A DNA stretch of 64,000 nucleotides. Origin: Fimbriimonadales bacterium (GTDB lineage: Bacteria; Armatimonadota; Fimbriimonadia; Fimbriimonadales; ATM1). The translations under genes were made by a program, and so were the position numbers. Below the pieces are notes generated by a model that ran no database searches, was not told the origin of the DNA, and saw only the letters and a list, made by a program, of their open reading frames with translations. The stretch covers positions 177,126 through 241,125 of the forward strand of contig JBGTLG010000041.1 in assembly GCA_041744215.1 (NCBI GenBank), written 5' to 3'. This document shows, piece after piece, positions 50,557 through 60,286 of this stretch; the first letter of the stretch is position 1; every line of letters begins with the position of its first letter.

Positions 50557-50784
50557 GCTCGGCTGTGGCGCTGCGAACCGAAGATTCAGGGAACCAAATC
50601 CTCAAAAAGACCGTCACTTAGAAGCACACTCGGTCGTGACCCTGCCTTCCTGGCACGAATCGTGTGTAATAATGCCTGTCTTGCGATTTGGCCGTAGGCC
50701 ACATAGTGTTCCTACCTCACCATCCGCTAATTCATTGCCTTGTTGATTGCCTGCACTCATACAAGTCCTATAGGAGGAAACGAA

Positions 50785-51669
50785 ATGATGCGACGAAGAG
50801 CATTCACGCTCATCGAATTGTTGGTGGTCATTGCGATCATCGCGATTCTTGCGGCTATCCTGTTCCCCGTGTTCGCAACCGCCAAAGAAAAGGCGAAGCA
50901 GACGTCTTGTCTGAGCAACACGCGGCAGTGGGGTACCGCCTTCCAACTCTATCTTGGTGACCATGACGACACATATCCTTTGGCTATGTCGACGACTGGT
51001 ACCACCTACCGGTGGAACTTCAATCACGCCGTCCCGGCTGATTGGCGCACCGACCAAGGCGTCCAGTACGCTGAGGAAATGCGTATTCACTGGTCAAACG
51101 CCATGCAGAGCTACATCCAGAACTACGGCATTTACGAATGCCCGTCTGGCCCTGAGTTCCGCCACACGGTGACCTACACCGGCCTCACTGGCCCTCGACC
51201 CCGCCGCGTTGGCTACTCGTACAACGGACTGTTGCACTCGTACAACGCTTCGGGCGTCGTCTCCCCGTCCGAGCTCGTCGCTCTCTGGGAAGGCCGAGGC
51301 AAGGCCAACTCGCTCGGTTTCGCTCTGTCGAACCCGACACTGATGTGCACCCAGGCGACGACCGACCCGATTCCTTGTATCTACCGTCCAGGAACCACTC
51401 CTACCGGCGTGATGTTCGCGCTCAACGGTACGCTCTACATCCACAATCGCGGCGTTAACGCAACGTTCGCTGACAGCCATGCTAAGTGGCGCCGGCTCGG
51501 CGCTCAGACGGTTGGACCTCCTCCGTCGGCTTCCTGTGGCCCGCCTTTCACCGACTGGCGCGTTGACCCGTACACGGGCTACGCAACTAACGGTGTGCCG
51601 GCATGCTACTGGGGCGACGCCGCTGGCCACGCCTGGCTGTTCCGTCCGGACTACGACTTCAGCATCTAA
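50785..51669 (+). CDS. Prepilin-type N-methylation / DUF1559 / H-X9-DG protein, paralog 2
   Basis: Near-identical tandem copy of 49611-50492. Confidence 0.93.
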   Translation: MMRRRAFTLIELLVVIAIIAILAAILFPVFATAKEKAKQTSCLSNTRQWGTAFQLYLGDHDDTYPLAMSTTGTTYRWNFNHAVPADWRTDQGVQYAEEMRIHWSNAMQSYIQNYGIYECPSGPEFRHTVTYTGLTGPRPRRVGYSYNGLLHSYNASGVVSPSELVALWEGRGKANSLGFALSNPTLMCTQATTDPIPCIYRPGTTPTGVMFALNGTLYIHNRGVNATFADSHAKWRRLGAQTVGPPPSASCGPPFTDWRVDPYTGYATNGVPACYWGDAAGHAWLFRPDYDFSI

Positions 51670-51747
51670 GCTGCCGTCGTCTGTCATGATATGCGCACGG
51701 CTTGCGAAAGTGGGCCGTGCGCAACTATTCTGGAGGTGTTGTATACA

Positions 51748-51945
51748 ATGCAACTACGTTGGAAAACAATTGCGATCGGCCTGTTGCTTGCAGCTGGCCT
51801 CGCTGTCACTGTTGGCTGCGGCGGGGACGAAGACACGGGTCCTCAGCAGACGCCGACGAATCTGCCCGAAGGCACGGTCAAACCACCCGGGGCTGCTGAT
51901 GGAACCCCCGAGGCTTCCTCGGTGAATATCACGCCTGTCGAGTAA
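51748..51945 (+). CDS. Small lipoprotein associated with the DUF1559 genes
   Basis: GGAGG RBS; TVGC lipobox; Pro/Thr-rich 65 aa. Confidence 0.8.
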   Translation: MQLRWKTIAIGLLLAAGLAVTVGCGGDEDTGPQQTPTNLPEGTVKPPGAADGTPEASSVNITPVE

Positions 51946-51968
51946 TCGCCCGGTTCTACCGCTACTGA

Positions 51969-52003
51969 CGCCAAGCCCGGCCTCGGCCGGGCTTGGCGCT
52001 TTT
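51969..52003 (+). terminator. Rho-independent terminator
   Basis: CGCCAAGCCCGGCC/GGCCGGGCTTGGCG followed by CTTTT. Confidence 0.75.
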
Positions 52004-52045
52004 AGGCGGCAACTTTTTCGACGGAATTCCGTTTATCATATTGAT

Positions 52046-52386
52046 TGGGAGTCGGCCGGACGGCGGCCCCGATGAAAGTCGGGGAGGAAAGTCCGGGCTC
52101 CACAGGGCAGAGCGCCAGGTAACGCCTGGGCGGAGCAATCCGACGGAAAGTGCAACAGAAACATACCGCCTCGATTCGTCGGGGTAAGGGTGAAATGGTG
52201 GGGTAAGAGCCCACCGGCGTCTCGGAGACGGGGCGGCCGGGCAAACCCCGCTCGGAGCAAGGCCTAATAGGAAGGGAATGATGCTGCCCGCGGACCCTTC
52301 GGGTTGGCCGCTTGAGTTTCGGTGCGAACCGAAACCTAGATAGATCGCCGTACAAAGACAGAACCCGGCTTACAGGCCGACTCCCA
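52046..52386 (+). ncRNA. rnpB: RNase P RNA (type A)
   Basis: GAGGAAAGTCCGGGCTC, AGTGCAACAGAA, ACAGAACCCGGCTTA; terminal helix GGGAGTCGGCC/GGCCGACTCCC. Confidence 0.97.
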
Positions 52387-52504
52387 GCACCCGCTATTGA
52401 ACGAATCGTGTACAGGCTTCGTCTACGTTAACTGGCCTGCCTCTTGCTTAGGCAGAACTTGTCCGCATCCAACCACGCTAAATTCCAACCAGGAGTCAAT
52501 ATCA

Positions 52505-54328
52505 ATGTTTCGTAGATTTAGTTCCAGCCGCAGGTGTTTCGTCGCGGTCATTGTCGCCGCCCTGGCGTGGCCTGCCATCGCGCACGGGGGCCATCAAAGC
52601 CCGCTCGCCGCATTGGAGACCATGGCCAATGAAGTCGCTCTCCAAGACCTAATGAAGCGCACCGACTTATTTGCGCAGATTCCAGGAGGCTCGTCGACTA
52701 CGAACCGTCCTGAGTGCCGCATCATCGGAAGCGTCGCCATCATGTTCGCTGCAGGTACAAGCGAATTCGAAAAGCGGAGAGTTGCCCAGAGCGCGCTTGC
52801 CGCGCAAGGGAACCAGACGTATTACCAAGTCGGCGGCAGATGGTCTCAAACCGCAACCAACCCCACGACAGGCACCACGGGAGATCCGATCAGTCTCACA
52901 TGGAGCCTCGTGCCAGATGGTGTCATCGTTCCGAACCAAGGCCTAGGCAGCGGGGCGAACACTTTGCACGCGTCGATGAACGGGCAGTTCGGGGGCACGC
53001 TCTGGATCACGAAGATTGCAGAGGCGTTCGATCGCTGGGGCCAATTGTCAGGAGTTTCCTACAGTCAGGTTTCTGACGATGGGGCTTCGCTGCACGGCTC
53101 GGCCGGACGTAACACCGCGCCGATTCGAGGCGATGTCCGCATCTCGATGTTTCAGATGAACAGCACGGGCGTAATCGCCTACAACTTCTTTCCGAACAAC
53201 GGCGATATGGTGTTGAACTCCCGCTTCCTGAGCAGCTTTGGCAACTCGTCCGCCAATTACAGGTTTTTCCGCAACACCATTGGTCACGAGCATGGTCACG
53301 GTTTTGGAGTGAACCACGTTGATCCCGTCAACGAAACCAAACTGATGGAGCCGTTCCTGAGCACGAATTTCGATCATGCGCAGAGCGACGACATTCAAGC
53401 GATTCAGTACTTGTACGGCGATCCGCGTGAGAACAACGACACCGCGGCGACACGGAGTGACATCGGAACGGTTTTCAACAACCAGACGATTTCATTCATG
53501 TCGACCGATAAGCGCACAGATCTCGATTGGTATCGCGTCATTGTTCCACCCGGGAAGACGCTATCCATTACAGTAACGCCTGAAGGCGGCGTGTATCAGC
53601 AAGGACCGCAGGGTGGATCTACGTCGACGAGAAACGCGAATGCAGTTCACGACCTTCGCATTCGCGCGTATCTTTCTGATGGAACGACTCTGCTCGGAAC
53701 GGCGAATAACACTGGCGCCGGGTCAGCAGAGACACTCTCGAACATCGTTCCTCCTTTCAGTAATGAGGTGTTCATACTGGTCGACGCAGTCTCAGGCACA
53801 CTGAGCGACATCCAGCGTTACCGCATACTGTTCAACCTCGCTCCGCTCACTGAGGCGTATGCTCCTATGAGCTTGACTCCGAATACAGGTGTTGTCATCG
53901 GTGGCAACGTCGCATCGCTGGCGAACAGCGATGACGACAGGTTCATCATGCGCGAGGTTCCGCCGCTGGCGCTTGGGTTGCCTTCCATTCGCTGGTCGGC
54001 CACGTCATTTGGTCGAGCGAATGCCGCGATCAACACCGTGACGGTGCGAGTCGAAGCTTCGACGTCGGCTGTTCCCGCGGGAGCGCTGTCGCAGCGCTTG
54101 CTCTTGTGGAACTGGAACACTAACTCGTACGAAGCCGTTGATACGCGAAGCGCCACGGCGAGCGACTCGACGTATGACGTTGTGATCAACTCGAACGCGG
54201 GACGGTTCATGAATGCGGCGACAGGCGAACTGCGCGCGCGCATGGAGTGGTTCGATCCCGGCACACTGTTCTCGTTCGGCTGGGTCACGAGAACTGATCA
54301 GTTGCGCTGGACAATCGTGTATCAGTAG
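52505..54328 (+). CDS. Secreted matrixin (M10-like metzincin) metalloprotease with PPC-like and C-terminal beta domain
   Basis: Signal peptide; HEHGHGFGVNH; Met-turn LMEP; D.DWYRV PPC-like motif. Confidence 0.88.
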   Translation: MFRRFSSSRRCFVAVIVAALAWPAIAHGGHQSPLAALETMANEVALQDLMKRTDLFAQIPGGSSTTNRPECRIIGSVAIMFAAGTSEFEKRRVAQSALAAQGNQTYYQVGGRWSQTATNPTTGTTGDPISLTWSLVPDGVIVPNQGLGSGANTLHASMNGQFGGTLWITKIAEAFDRWGQLSGVSYSQVSDDGASLHGSAGRNTAPIRGDVRISMFQMNSTGVIAYNFFPNNGDMVLNSRFLSSFGNSSANYRFFRNTIGHEHGHGFGVNHVDPVNETKLMEPFLSTNFDHAQSDDIQAIQYLYGDPRENNDTAATRSDIGTVFNNQTISFMSTDKRTDLDWYRVIVPPGKTLSITVTPEGGVYQQGPQGGSTSTRNANAVHDLRIRAYLSDGTTLLGTANNTGAGSAETLSNIVPPFSNEVFILVDAVSGTLSDIQRYRILFNLAPLTEAYAPMSLTPNTGVVIGGNVASLANSDDDRFIMREVPPLALGLPSIRWSATSFGRANAAINTVTVRVEASTSAVPAGALSQRLLLWNWNTNSYEAVDTRSATASDSTYDVVINSNAGRFMNAATGELRARMEWFDPGTLFSFGWVTRTDQLRWTIVYQ

Positions 54329-54340
54329 ATACCGAGAACG

Positions 54341-54378
54341 AAGCCCCTTCGGCTCTTGGGCCGGAGGGGCTTTTTTTG
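54341..54378 (+). terminator. Rho-independent terminator
   Basis: AAGCCCCTTCGGC...GCCGGAGGGGCTT followed by a T-run. Confidence 0.85.
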
Positions 54379-54630
54379 TTTGTGAGTTCCTCAACCTACC
54401 CGGGGAATCCATGCATCGGCTGTTTGAGCAGAGCAGGTAAAAATACCAGACTTTTTTTTGTTGCTTTTCCTGGGCATCATTTGTTATTGTAAGAAGATAA
54501 TGGCTGACTTAGTGAAAGCCACAGGGGTAGAGGAAGAGACGAATCGGCGCGTTGTTACCTGGCCGATGACCGCGTTTTTCTTGGTGCGTGAGGGTCAGCC
54601 ACTCAACGCGCTACTTTCTGGAGTATCCGA

Positions 54631-55197
54631 ATGAGATCGGATCGACGGAGCCTCGCTTACACGATAGCCGAGCTGCTCTTGGCTGTGGGCGTCGTCTTGT
54701 TACTCGCTGCGCTGCTCTTCCCAGTATTGGTTCGCGCATCCCAGCGATCGAAGGAAACGGTATGTGCGTCGAACTTGAAGCAGATCCATCTGGCGATTGA
54801 GTTGTACAGAGGCGTCTACGATGGTGACGGGCGATATGGATCGTTGGCAGAGATGGGCATGCCTCGCAGCCTCAAGCCGCTGCATCCTGAGTTCATCGAT
54901 TCGCAAGATGCGTTCAAATGCTCAGCAGGACATGTTCCTCCGGGTTTCGGCGCATACCTCCTGTTGTTCCACTCTGAGGAGATGGATTCGCAAACCCCCC
55001 GATGGCCGGACTATGCGAAGCGGTACTTGGAAGACGCGATCATCATCGCCGATTTGAACCACAATTGGGAGGCCGGACATGTTATGTCGCCGTACAAAAC
55101 TCGCCGAGCGGCTGGGCTGCATCTTGGGGGGAACGTCCGGGTGCTCAGGAAGGCGGGTGACCCAACACTTAGACTTTGGTGGAACGAGGGGCAGTAA
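54631..55197 (+). CDS. Degenerate prepilin-type / DUF1559-like protein
   Basis: A|YTIAELLLAVGVVLLLAALLFPVL, CASNLKQI. Confidence 0.8.
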   Translation: MRSDRRSLAYTIAELLLAVGVVLLLAALLFPVLVRASQRSKETVCASNLKQIHLAIELYRGVYDGDGRYGSLAEMGMPRSLKPLHPEFIDSQDAFKCSAGHVPPGFGAYLLLFHSEEMDSQTPRWPDYAKRYLEDAIIIADLNHNWEAGHVMSPYKTRRAAGLHLGGNVRVLRKAGDPTLRLWWNEGQ

Positions 55198-55340
55198 AGG
55201 ACGAAACGAAGGACATGAGGTAAGGCTATGAAAGTAGCTGAGGTGAAACTCTTGCTCGGGGCAATCGCAATCTCAGTTGCCACTGCAAAACCGACAAGTG
55301 GGAGTGCTTACCGCTCGATGATCCGCCAGGAGGCTAGTCG

Positions 55341-56006
55341 TTGAAGAAGTCGAACGAAGTCGCCTCAGGTCGCTTACCGTGGCGAGGACTTTTCTACGTG
55401 ATAGGCGCGTGCGCCATTCTGCTTGCCGCCATCTATTGGATGTCGTCCCGACCGACATTGGACGAGCAGGCATCCTCGATCCTTACTGCGCTGGTGGATG
55501 ACGATCCGGACATAGCGTATTCGTACACGCATGAGTTTCAGCGGGAGTCTGTTGGATTGACAAAGGAGAAGTACCGCATCTTGTGGCAGTCGTTGATTCG
55601 GCCGAGGTTTCAAGACGTAAAGCAGGTGAAGCCACCGGAGTCCTACGTACAGCCCGGCGAACACCAGGGTGTGGCATCGATGCTGATGCGAACCGGAGGC
55701 GGCGTTGAGTTTGAAATCTCGACGGCGGCATGGGCAACAGATTCCGGCGGGAGGATCGGGCTCTTCAACTTACTGATCGAGGCATGGAATGTGGAGTACG
55801 TCCACAACAAGGGGCAACCGCTGACCACGAGATCGGCCCTCGAAGCTCGATTGCGAGGAATTCAAGCAGATCGAGAGCGACTGGAGCAGTTGGGAATAAC
55901 AGGTTGGCCGCCAGCAATGCCTGGTCAGTCGATTACTCCTTGGACAGAAATGATCGCGACTTGGAGCGCTCGACTTCAAGGCTTGGAGAAAGAGGAGAAG
56001 CAGTGA
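55341..56006 (+). CDS. Membrane-anchored hypothetical protein
   Basis: AGGAGG RBS, TTG start, one N-terminal TM. Confidence 0.7.
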   Translation: MKKSNEVASGRLPWRGLFYVIGACAILLAAIYWMSSRPTLDEQASSILTALVDDDPDIAYSYTHEFQRESVGLTKEKYRILWQSLIRPRFQDVKQVKPPESYVQPGEHQGVASMLMRTGGGVEFEISTAAWATDSGGRIGLFNLLIEAWNVEYVHNKGQPLTTRSALEARLRGIQADRERLEQLGITGWPPAMPGQSITPWTEMIATWSARLQGLEKEEKQ

Positions 56007-56028
56007 CTGCGCGGGACTTGCGAAGTTG

Positions 56029-56103
56029 TGGTGGGCGGTACTGGACTTGAACCAGTGACCCCTTCGGTGTGAACGAAGTGCTCTACCACTGAGCTAACCG
56101 CCC
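56029..56103 (-). tRNA. tRNA-Val(CAC)
   Basis: GGGCGGTTAGCTCAG...CTTCG-TTCACAC-CGAAG...GTTCAAG...ACCA. Confidence 0.97.
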
Positions 56104-56123
56104 GGCGCGGAGATGATACCGTC

Positions 56124-56510
56124 TCAGGTTCTGTCTTGGGGCCGCGGCCTATTGCGCAGGATTGCGACGAACGCGAGAAGACCCGAGGCGGCCATCGCAG
56201 TTAGAAGCACCGCCAAGGCGGCTTTCGGTTCGCCTGCGCCAACTGCCTGCCAGGCAACGACTGCTCGCCACCCATACAGCGCTCCGAGCGCAAGCGCGAG
56301 GATCATCCCGAGGTGAATCCCGATCATGTGGATCGCTTTGCTCTTGCTCGCCGCGAAGAACGCCATCAGCAGCATCAATGCGCCGCCTCCGCCACCGGCA
56401 AACACAGCGGTTCTCGCTTTAGCCGAGAAGTCCTCAACAGCCCAAGCGCCGATGCCGCACGCGATCAAGAAGAACGCGAAGAGAATCATGATGCGGACGG
56501 ATTTCAGCAT
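56124..56510 (-). CDS. Small four-TM membrane protein (TMEM14-like)
   Basis: Four hydrophobic helices; Gly-rich AGGGGG. Confidence 0.65.
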   Translation of the reverse strand: MLKSVRIMILFAFFLIACGIGAWAVEDFSAKARTAVFAGGGGGALMLLMAFFAASKSKAIHMIGIHLGMILALALGALYGWRAVVAWQAVGAGEPKAALAVLLTAMAASGLLAFVAILRNRPRPQDRT

Positions 56511-56545
56511 TATAATCAGGAGTATACGCCCGGTAGACTTGCACG

Positions 56546-57238
56546 GTGTGGCGACCGAAGATCCTTATCTCTCCTGACGTAGTCACCCATGGCGAAATCC
56601 CTCGCAAGAAAACCGCCCTCGGGCTCGATTATCAGCAAGCGATCGCAGCAGCGGGAGGAATTCCGATCGAGGCGTCTCCGTATGCAGACGCGGACGCGCT
56701 CGTGGGACTCGCCGACGGATGGATGATCACTGGCGGCGACGATTTGCAGTCGTCTCTGTATGGACAAGAGCGGCACTCCGCCAACGTAGACGTCGATCCG
56801 CTTCGCTTTGACAACGAGAAGCGACTCTACGAGCGGTTCATGAATTCTTCGAAGCCTGTTTTGGGAATCTGCATGGGAGCGCAATTCTTGAATGTAATGG
56901 CTGGCGGCGGGCTCATTCAGCACTTGCCGGATGTCTTAGGCAATGATGAGAGAAAGAATGGAACGACCCAAATTCATCTAATGCCTTCTTCAAGATTGGC
57001 AATCGCTGGACTGCCTGACACTTTCGAGGCGAGGTGCTTTCATCACCAAGCCATCGGCGAAGTAGCCGACGACTGGAGCGTAGTCGCGCGGGGCGACGAC
57101 GGCGTTGTTGAAGCCATCGAATGCGCTTCTCCAGCGTGGCGCGTTGGCGTGCAATGGCATCCAGAACGAACTCTCGAGGCGCCCGCGTCAGTACGCTTGT
57201 TTGCCGCATTTGTGTCCGAAGCAGCTAATCGACGCTAA
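56546..57238 (+). CDS. Peptidase C26 / gamma-glutamyl-GABA hydrolase family
   Basis: TGGDD, LGICMG.Q, HHQAI, VQWHPE. Confidence 0.9.
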   Translation: MWRPKILISPDVVTHGEIPRKKTALGLDYQQAIAAAGGIPIEASPYADADALVGLADGWMITGGDDLQSSLYGQERHSANVDVDPLRFDNEKRLYERFMNSSKPVLGICMGAQFLNVMAGGGLIQHLPDVLGNDERKNGTTQIHLMPSSRLAIAGLPDTFEARCFHHQAIGEVADDWSVVARGDDGVVEAIECASPAWRVGVQWHPERTLEAPASVRLFAAFVSEAANRR

Positions 57239-57632
57239 GCACTCGCTCCGCGAGGATTGCTGCCGCAAAGTCATCGATGGGCGCGCTCGGAACGAGCAAG
57301 CTGCTTGGCAGCAGCCTTCTCCATCCTCGTCGCGGTGTGTACTCCCAGTAACGCTCTCGCGCACGGATAGAGGTGTCCCGCTCGTCAACGACTAACGTTG
57401 CCATAGACGGCAGCTCTGCCCTGATTGCGTCGAGCGTGCGCTTGGAATTCGTCCCGTTTCCAACGACGATCAGCTCGAGATCATGCGCATCCATCATCGT
57501 GCGAATGCGCTGCACGAACTCCCCGAACTCAACGACATCGCGTTCTTCAATGTGAGTTTTGCCATCAACCTTACAAACCACGGCGAGACCGATCTTTGAG
57601 GTTCCGGGATCTACGCCGACGACGCAACGCAT
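57225..57632 (-). CDS. ruvX: YqgF/RuvX family nuclease
   Basis: GVDPG..KIGLA, VDERDTS, IDD.AA.IL. Confidence 0.88.
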   Translation of the reverse strand: MRCVVGVDPGTSKIGLAVVCKVDGKTHIEERDVVEFGEFVQRIRTMMDAHDLELIVVGNGTNSKRTLDAIRAELPSMATLVVDERDTSIRARERYWEYTPRRGWRRLLPSSLLVPSAPIDDFAAAILAERVLSVD

Positions 57633-57635
57633 AGA

Positions 57636-59147
57636 TTAGGTCCGCACCTTGAAATCGATCGCTACTCGGTCTGATGCCCTCGTGTCCTTCGTTGTGATAA
57701 CGGTGAGTTCAACCTGACCCCGCGCTCGCTGTACTTGTTCGATCACCCTCGCGAGTTGCCGTACTCCCGGCAGATCTATCGGCACATCGCCACCGATGGC
57801 AGGCACAATGCCATCAGAGAGTACGAGCTTGCTTAACGAAACCCGCACGAACTCAGTTAATGAAATCAAGATTTCGCTTTCAGGCTGCCCGCCGGCGATA
57901 GAGAGTTTCCCGATTTCTTGTCCTTGAGAATATACCAAGCGATTGCGGAAGATGCCCAAGTCGAGTGGCACGACGCGACCTGCCGCTACGTCGCCTTCGA
58001 AGAAGTTATAGAACGCTGTCGCGATAACGAAGAGCTCACCATCGGATCGTGTTATCGCATCAGCCCACGCGTTTATCTGATCTTCGGGGGTTATGGTAAT
58101 GATCGTGTTTTCACCAACAAAACGCTGTCGTTCTTGAATGGAGGCAGCGAGGCCGTCGGACGCAGGCTTTGCGCCGAACTCTTCTGCCTGACGACTCGCC
58201 CTCCTAACGACATTCATCAATTGTTCTTTCGCTGATTCAACAGGCAAACCGCCTTGTACGACCATTCGAGTCAACTCATCGCCCTTGCCAACGATGACGG
58301 GGCTTGCTCGGTAAATCTGCGCGCTCAGGATCATTTGACGCAGATCGTCAACTAATCTCGCTCGCTCCTGCTGCCTTTCAAAGATCTCCTGTCGAAGATC
58401 GAAGTTTCTTGATTGCAGTGTTCGCTGCTCGGACTCGAGCTCATCGATTTCTGCTTCAAGGCCAACTAATGTTTCTCTCGCAGCGTTCGCTTGCACTTCG
58501 GCCTCGGCGACTTGCTTTTCTAAGGCGATAAGCCGGAGTTCCTGCTCTACCGACCGCTGAAGTTCGACCTGGTAGTTCGTTTGGGTCTCTTGGTACAACT
58601 CGTTCGCATCTTCAAGTTTCTCTGTAATCACTTTTAGATCGGCGTCCGCCTTTCTAACTCGGCTTTCCGCCGATGTGACTTTCGCTTGGAGCCCACGCTC
58701 GCGCAAAGCCAGTTCGTCAACTCTCGCGCTCAATGTTTGCTGGACGCTCTCCGATGCCTCGCGCTGTTGTTCGAGCGAGGCGAGCTGCAACTTCTGATCT
58801 CCAAGCGTCTTTTCTGCCGCGCTCTTCTCTGTTCCGATCAACGTCAGCTCGCGCTGTATGGTTCGCAACTCATCTTGCAACCGGTTTCTTGCCTGGACCA
58901 CTTGTGGCCCTTCTACCACCCAATCGCGAACCGGTTTGCTTGCAATCATGATTGCAGCGGTTGTAACGACTGGAATGATTGCGCCCGTGAAAACGGTGAA
59001 CGCGACCGCTGTGTGTTTGGGCCTGAGCTTTCCAAGTCTCAGTCGTTTCTTGCCCATCTTGCGACCCAGAAGATCGCCGATGTATGCCAAGAACCCACCA
59101 AGCACCGCGAGGCCGACGACTACAAGTACTAGCGTTGGTATCTGCAT
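57636..59147 (-). CDS. DUF3084 coiled-coil protein
   Basis: GGFLAYIGD.LGRKMGKKRL...LRPKHTA plus a long coiled coil. Confidence 0.88.
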   Translation of the reverse strand: MQIPTLVLVVVGLAVLGGFLAYIGDLLGRKMGKKRLRLGKLRPKHTAVAFTVFTGAIIPVVTTAAIMIASKPVRDWVVEGPQVVQARNRLQDELRTIQRELTLIGTEKSAAEKTLGDQKLQLASLEQQREASESVQQTLSARVDELALRERGLQAKVTSAESRVRKADADLKVITEKLEDANELYQETQTNYQVELQRSVEQELRLIALEKQVAEAEVQANAARETLVGLEAEIDELESEQRTLQSRNFDLRQEIFERQQERARLVDDLRQMILSAQIYRASPVIVGKGDELTRMVVQGGLPVESAKEQLMNVVRRASRQAEEFGAKPASDGLAASIQERQRFVGENTIITITPEDQINAWADAITRSDGELFVIATAFYNFFEGDVAAGRVVPLDLGIFRNRLVYSQGQEIGKLSIAGGQPESEILISLTEFVRVSLSKLVLSDGIVPAIGGDVPIDLPGVRQLARVIEQVQRARGQVELTVITTKDTRASDRVAIDFKVRT

Positions 59148-59155
59148 GTTGACAC

Positions 59156-60286
59156 CTACCTGCCTTTGCTCCACAGAAGAGCGCAGGCGAGTCCAAGTCC
59201 AATTATGACTGGGAGAAAAGCGGCGAGGAACGGGCTGATCACTCCGCCCTTAGCGAGAATTGTCAGATAGGTTTGAGCCATATAGAATCCAAAAATGATT
59301 GCAATGCAGAGCACAAGGCCGACGCCAAATGTCTGTCGTGTGCGTCGGATCGCAGCAGGTGCGCCAACGAGCGCGAACACAAGAGCCGTCAGAGCGATAC
59401 TGATCTTGCTCCAGTACGCAGTCTCGAGCTCCCGCAATTTGACAAACAATGTCCTGTCCTTTCCATCGACGGCATCGAGCTCTTGCTGTCGCTTTTCGAT
59501 CTGATCGCCAAGTTCCGCCATCGACATCGTGTCGAAGTCGAGCTTTCTTCGCGACAAGATGTCCGTCGGCGAGAAGTCAAAACTGGATCCCTCCGGCGGG
59601 CCCATCTCAGGCGAACGAACGACACTCACGGAGTCTTCTTGAATGTAATAGATCTCGGCGTCCTCGATTCGCCAGTCTTTGAGCGGTGTGTAGTAGACCC
59701 TGCGCGCATAGAGTAGCCATGCAGGCGTAAAGTCCTTCGTGTACCAGATACCGGATACGTTGTACATCGCATTGTTAGCTGGGGCGACGTCGCTAGCAAA
59801 AAGCCCGCCACGGAGCTTGCCGTTAACGAAGAGCGGCTGATAGAAAGGTGTGCCACCAATGCCCTTGAGTTGCTTCGATATCTCGCCTTGCAAGGCGTTC
59901 GCTCGATTGCTCGCAGCGGGGACTATTGTCTCGCCGAAGATGAAGGTCACTAAGCTTACAAAGAGGCCGAACAGAACGACAGGGCGCATCAAAGTAGGGA
60001 GACTAGCCCCCCCCGCCATTGCAGCCACAATCTCGGAGTCGTTCGAAAGTTTTGCAAATGAAAGAAGCGATGCCAAAAGCATCGCCATAGGAAAAGTCTT
60101 TACGATCAAACTTGGCATGTAATAGCTTGTCAGCGTGAACACTGTCTTAAAGTCGATACCTTCGACAAAGAGGTTTGTAACCCTCATCAAGTATGTGGCT
60201 GCAATCAGCAGCACACTGAACATGCAGACCCCATACAGCCATGGGCCAATTAGTTCACGCAGAATCAGCTTGTCGAGCAATCTCAT
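59156..60286 (-). CDS. LptF/LptG family permease
   Basis: LDKLILRE, LSNDSEIVA..AGG; six TMs around a periplasmic domain. Confidence 0.9.
   Translation of the reverse strand: MRLLDKLILRELIGPWLYGVCMFSVLLIAATYLMRVTNLFVEGIDFKTVFTLTSYYMPSLIVKTFPMAMLLASLLSFAKLSNDSEIVAAMAGGASLPTLMRPVVLFGLFVSLVTFIFGETIVPAASNRANALQGEISKQLKGIGGTPFYQPLFVNGKLRGGLFASDVAPANNAMYNVSGIWYTKDFTPAWLLYARRVYYTPLKDWRIEDAEIYYIQEDSVSVVRSPEMGPPEGSSFDFSPTDILSRRKLDFDTMSMAELGDQIEKRQQELDAVDGKDRTLFVKLRELETAYWSKISIALTALVFALVGAPAAIRRTRQTFGVGLVLCIAIIFGFYMAQTYLTILAKGGVISPFLAAFLPVIIGLGLACALLWSKGR

Noticed and set aside
50650-50667. Sigma54 promoter before prepilin paralog 2 (CTGGCACG)
   Set aside because: The -12 element reads GTGT rather than TTGC, so support is insufficient.
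49611-51669. Diversity-generating retroelement (TR/VR pair) explaining the two near-identical prepilin genes
   Set aside because: Differences involve all bases and are largely synonymous rather than adenine-specific. Both copies are full genes, and no reverse transcriptase is present in the window.
54400-56103. Integrative element at tRNA-Val (or at tRNA-Thr)
   Set aside because: No integrase and no duplicated tRNA 3' end (att site) were seen.
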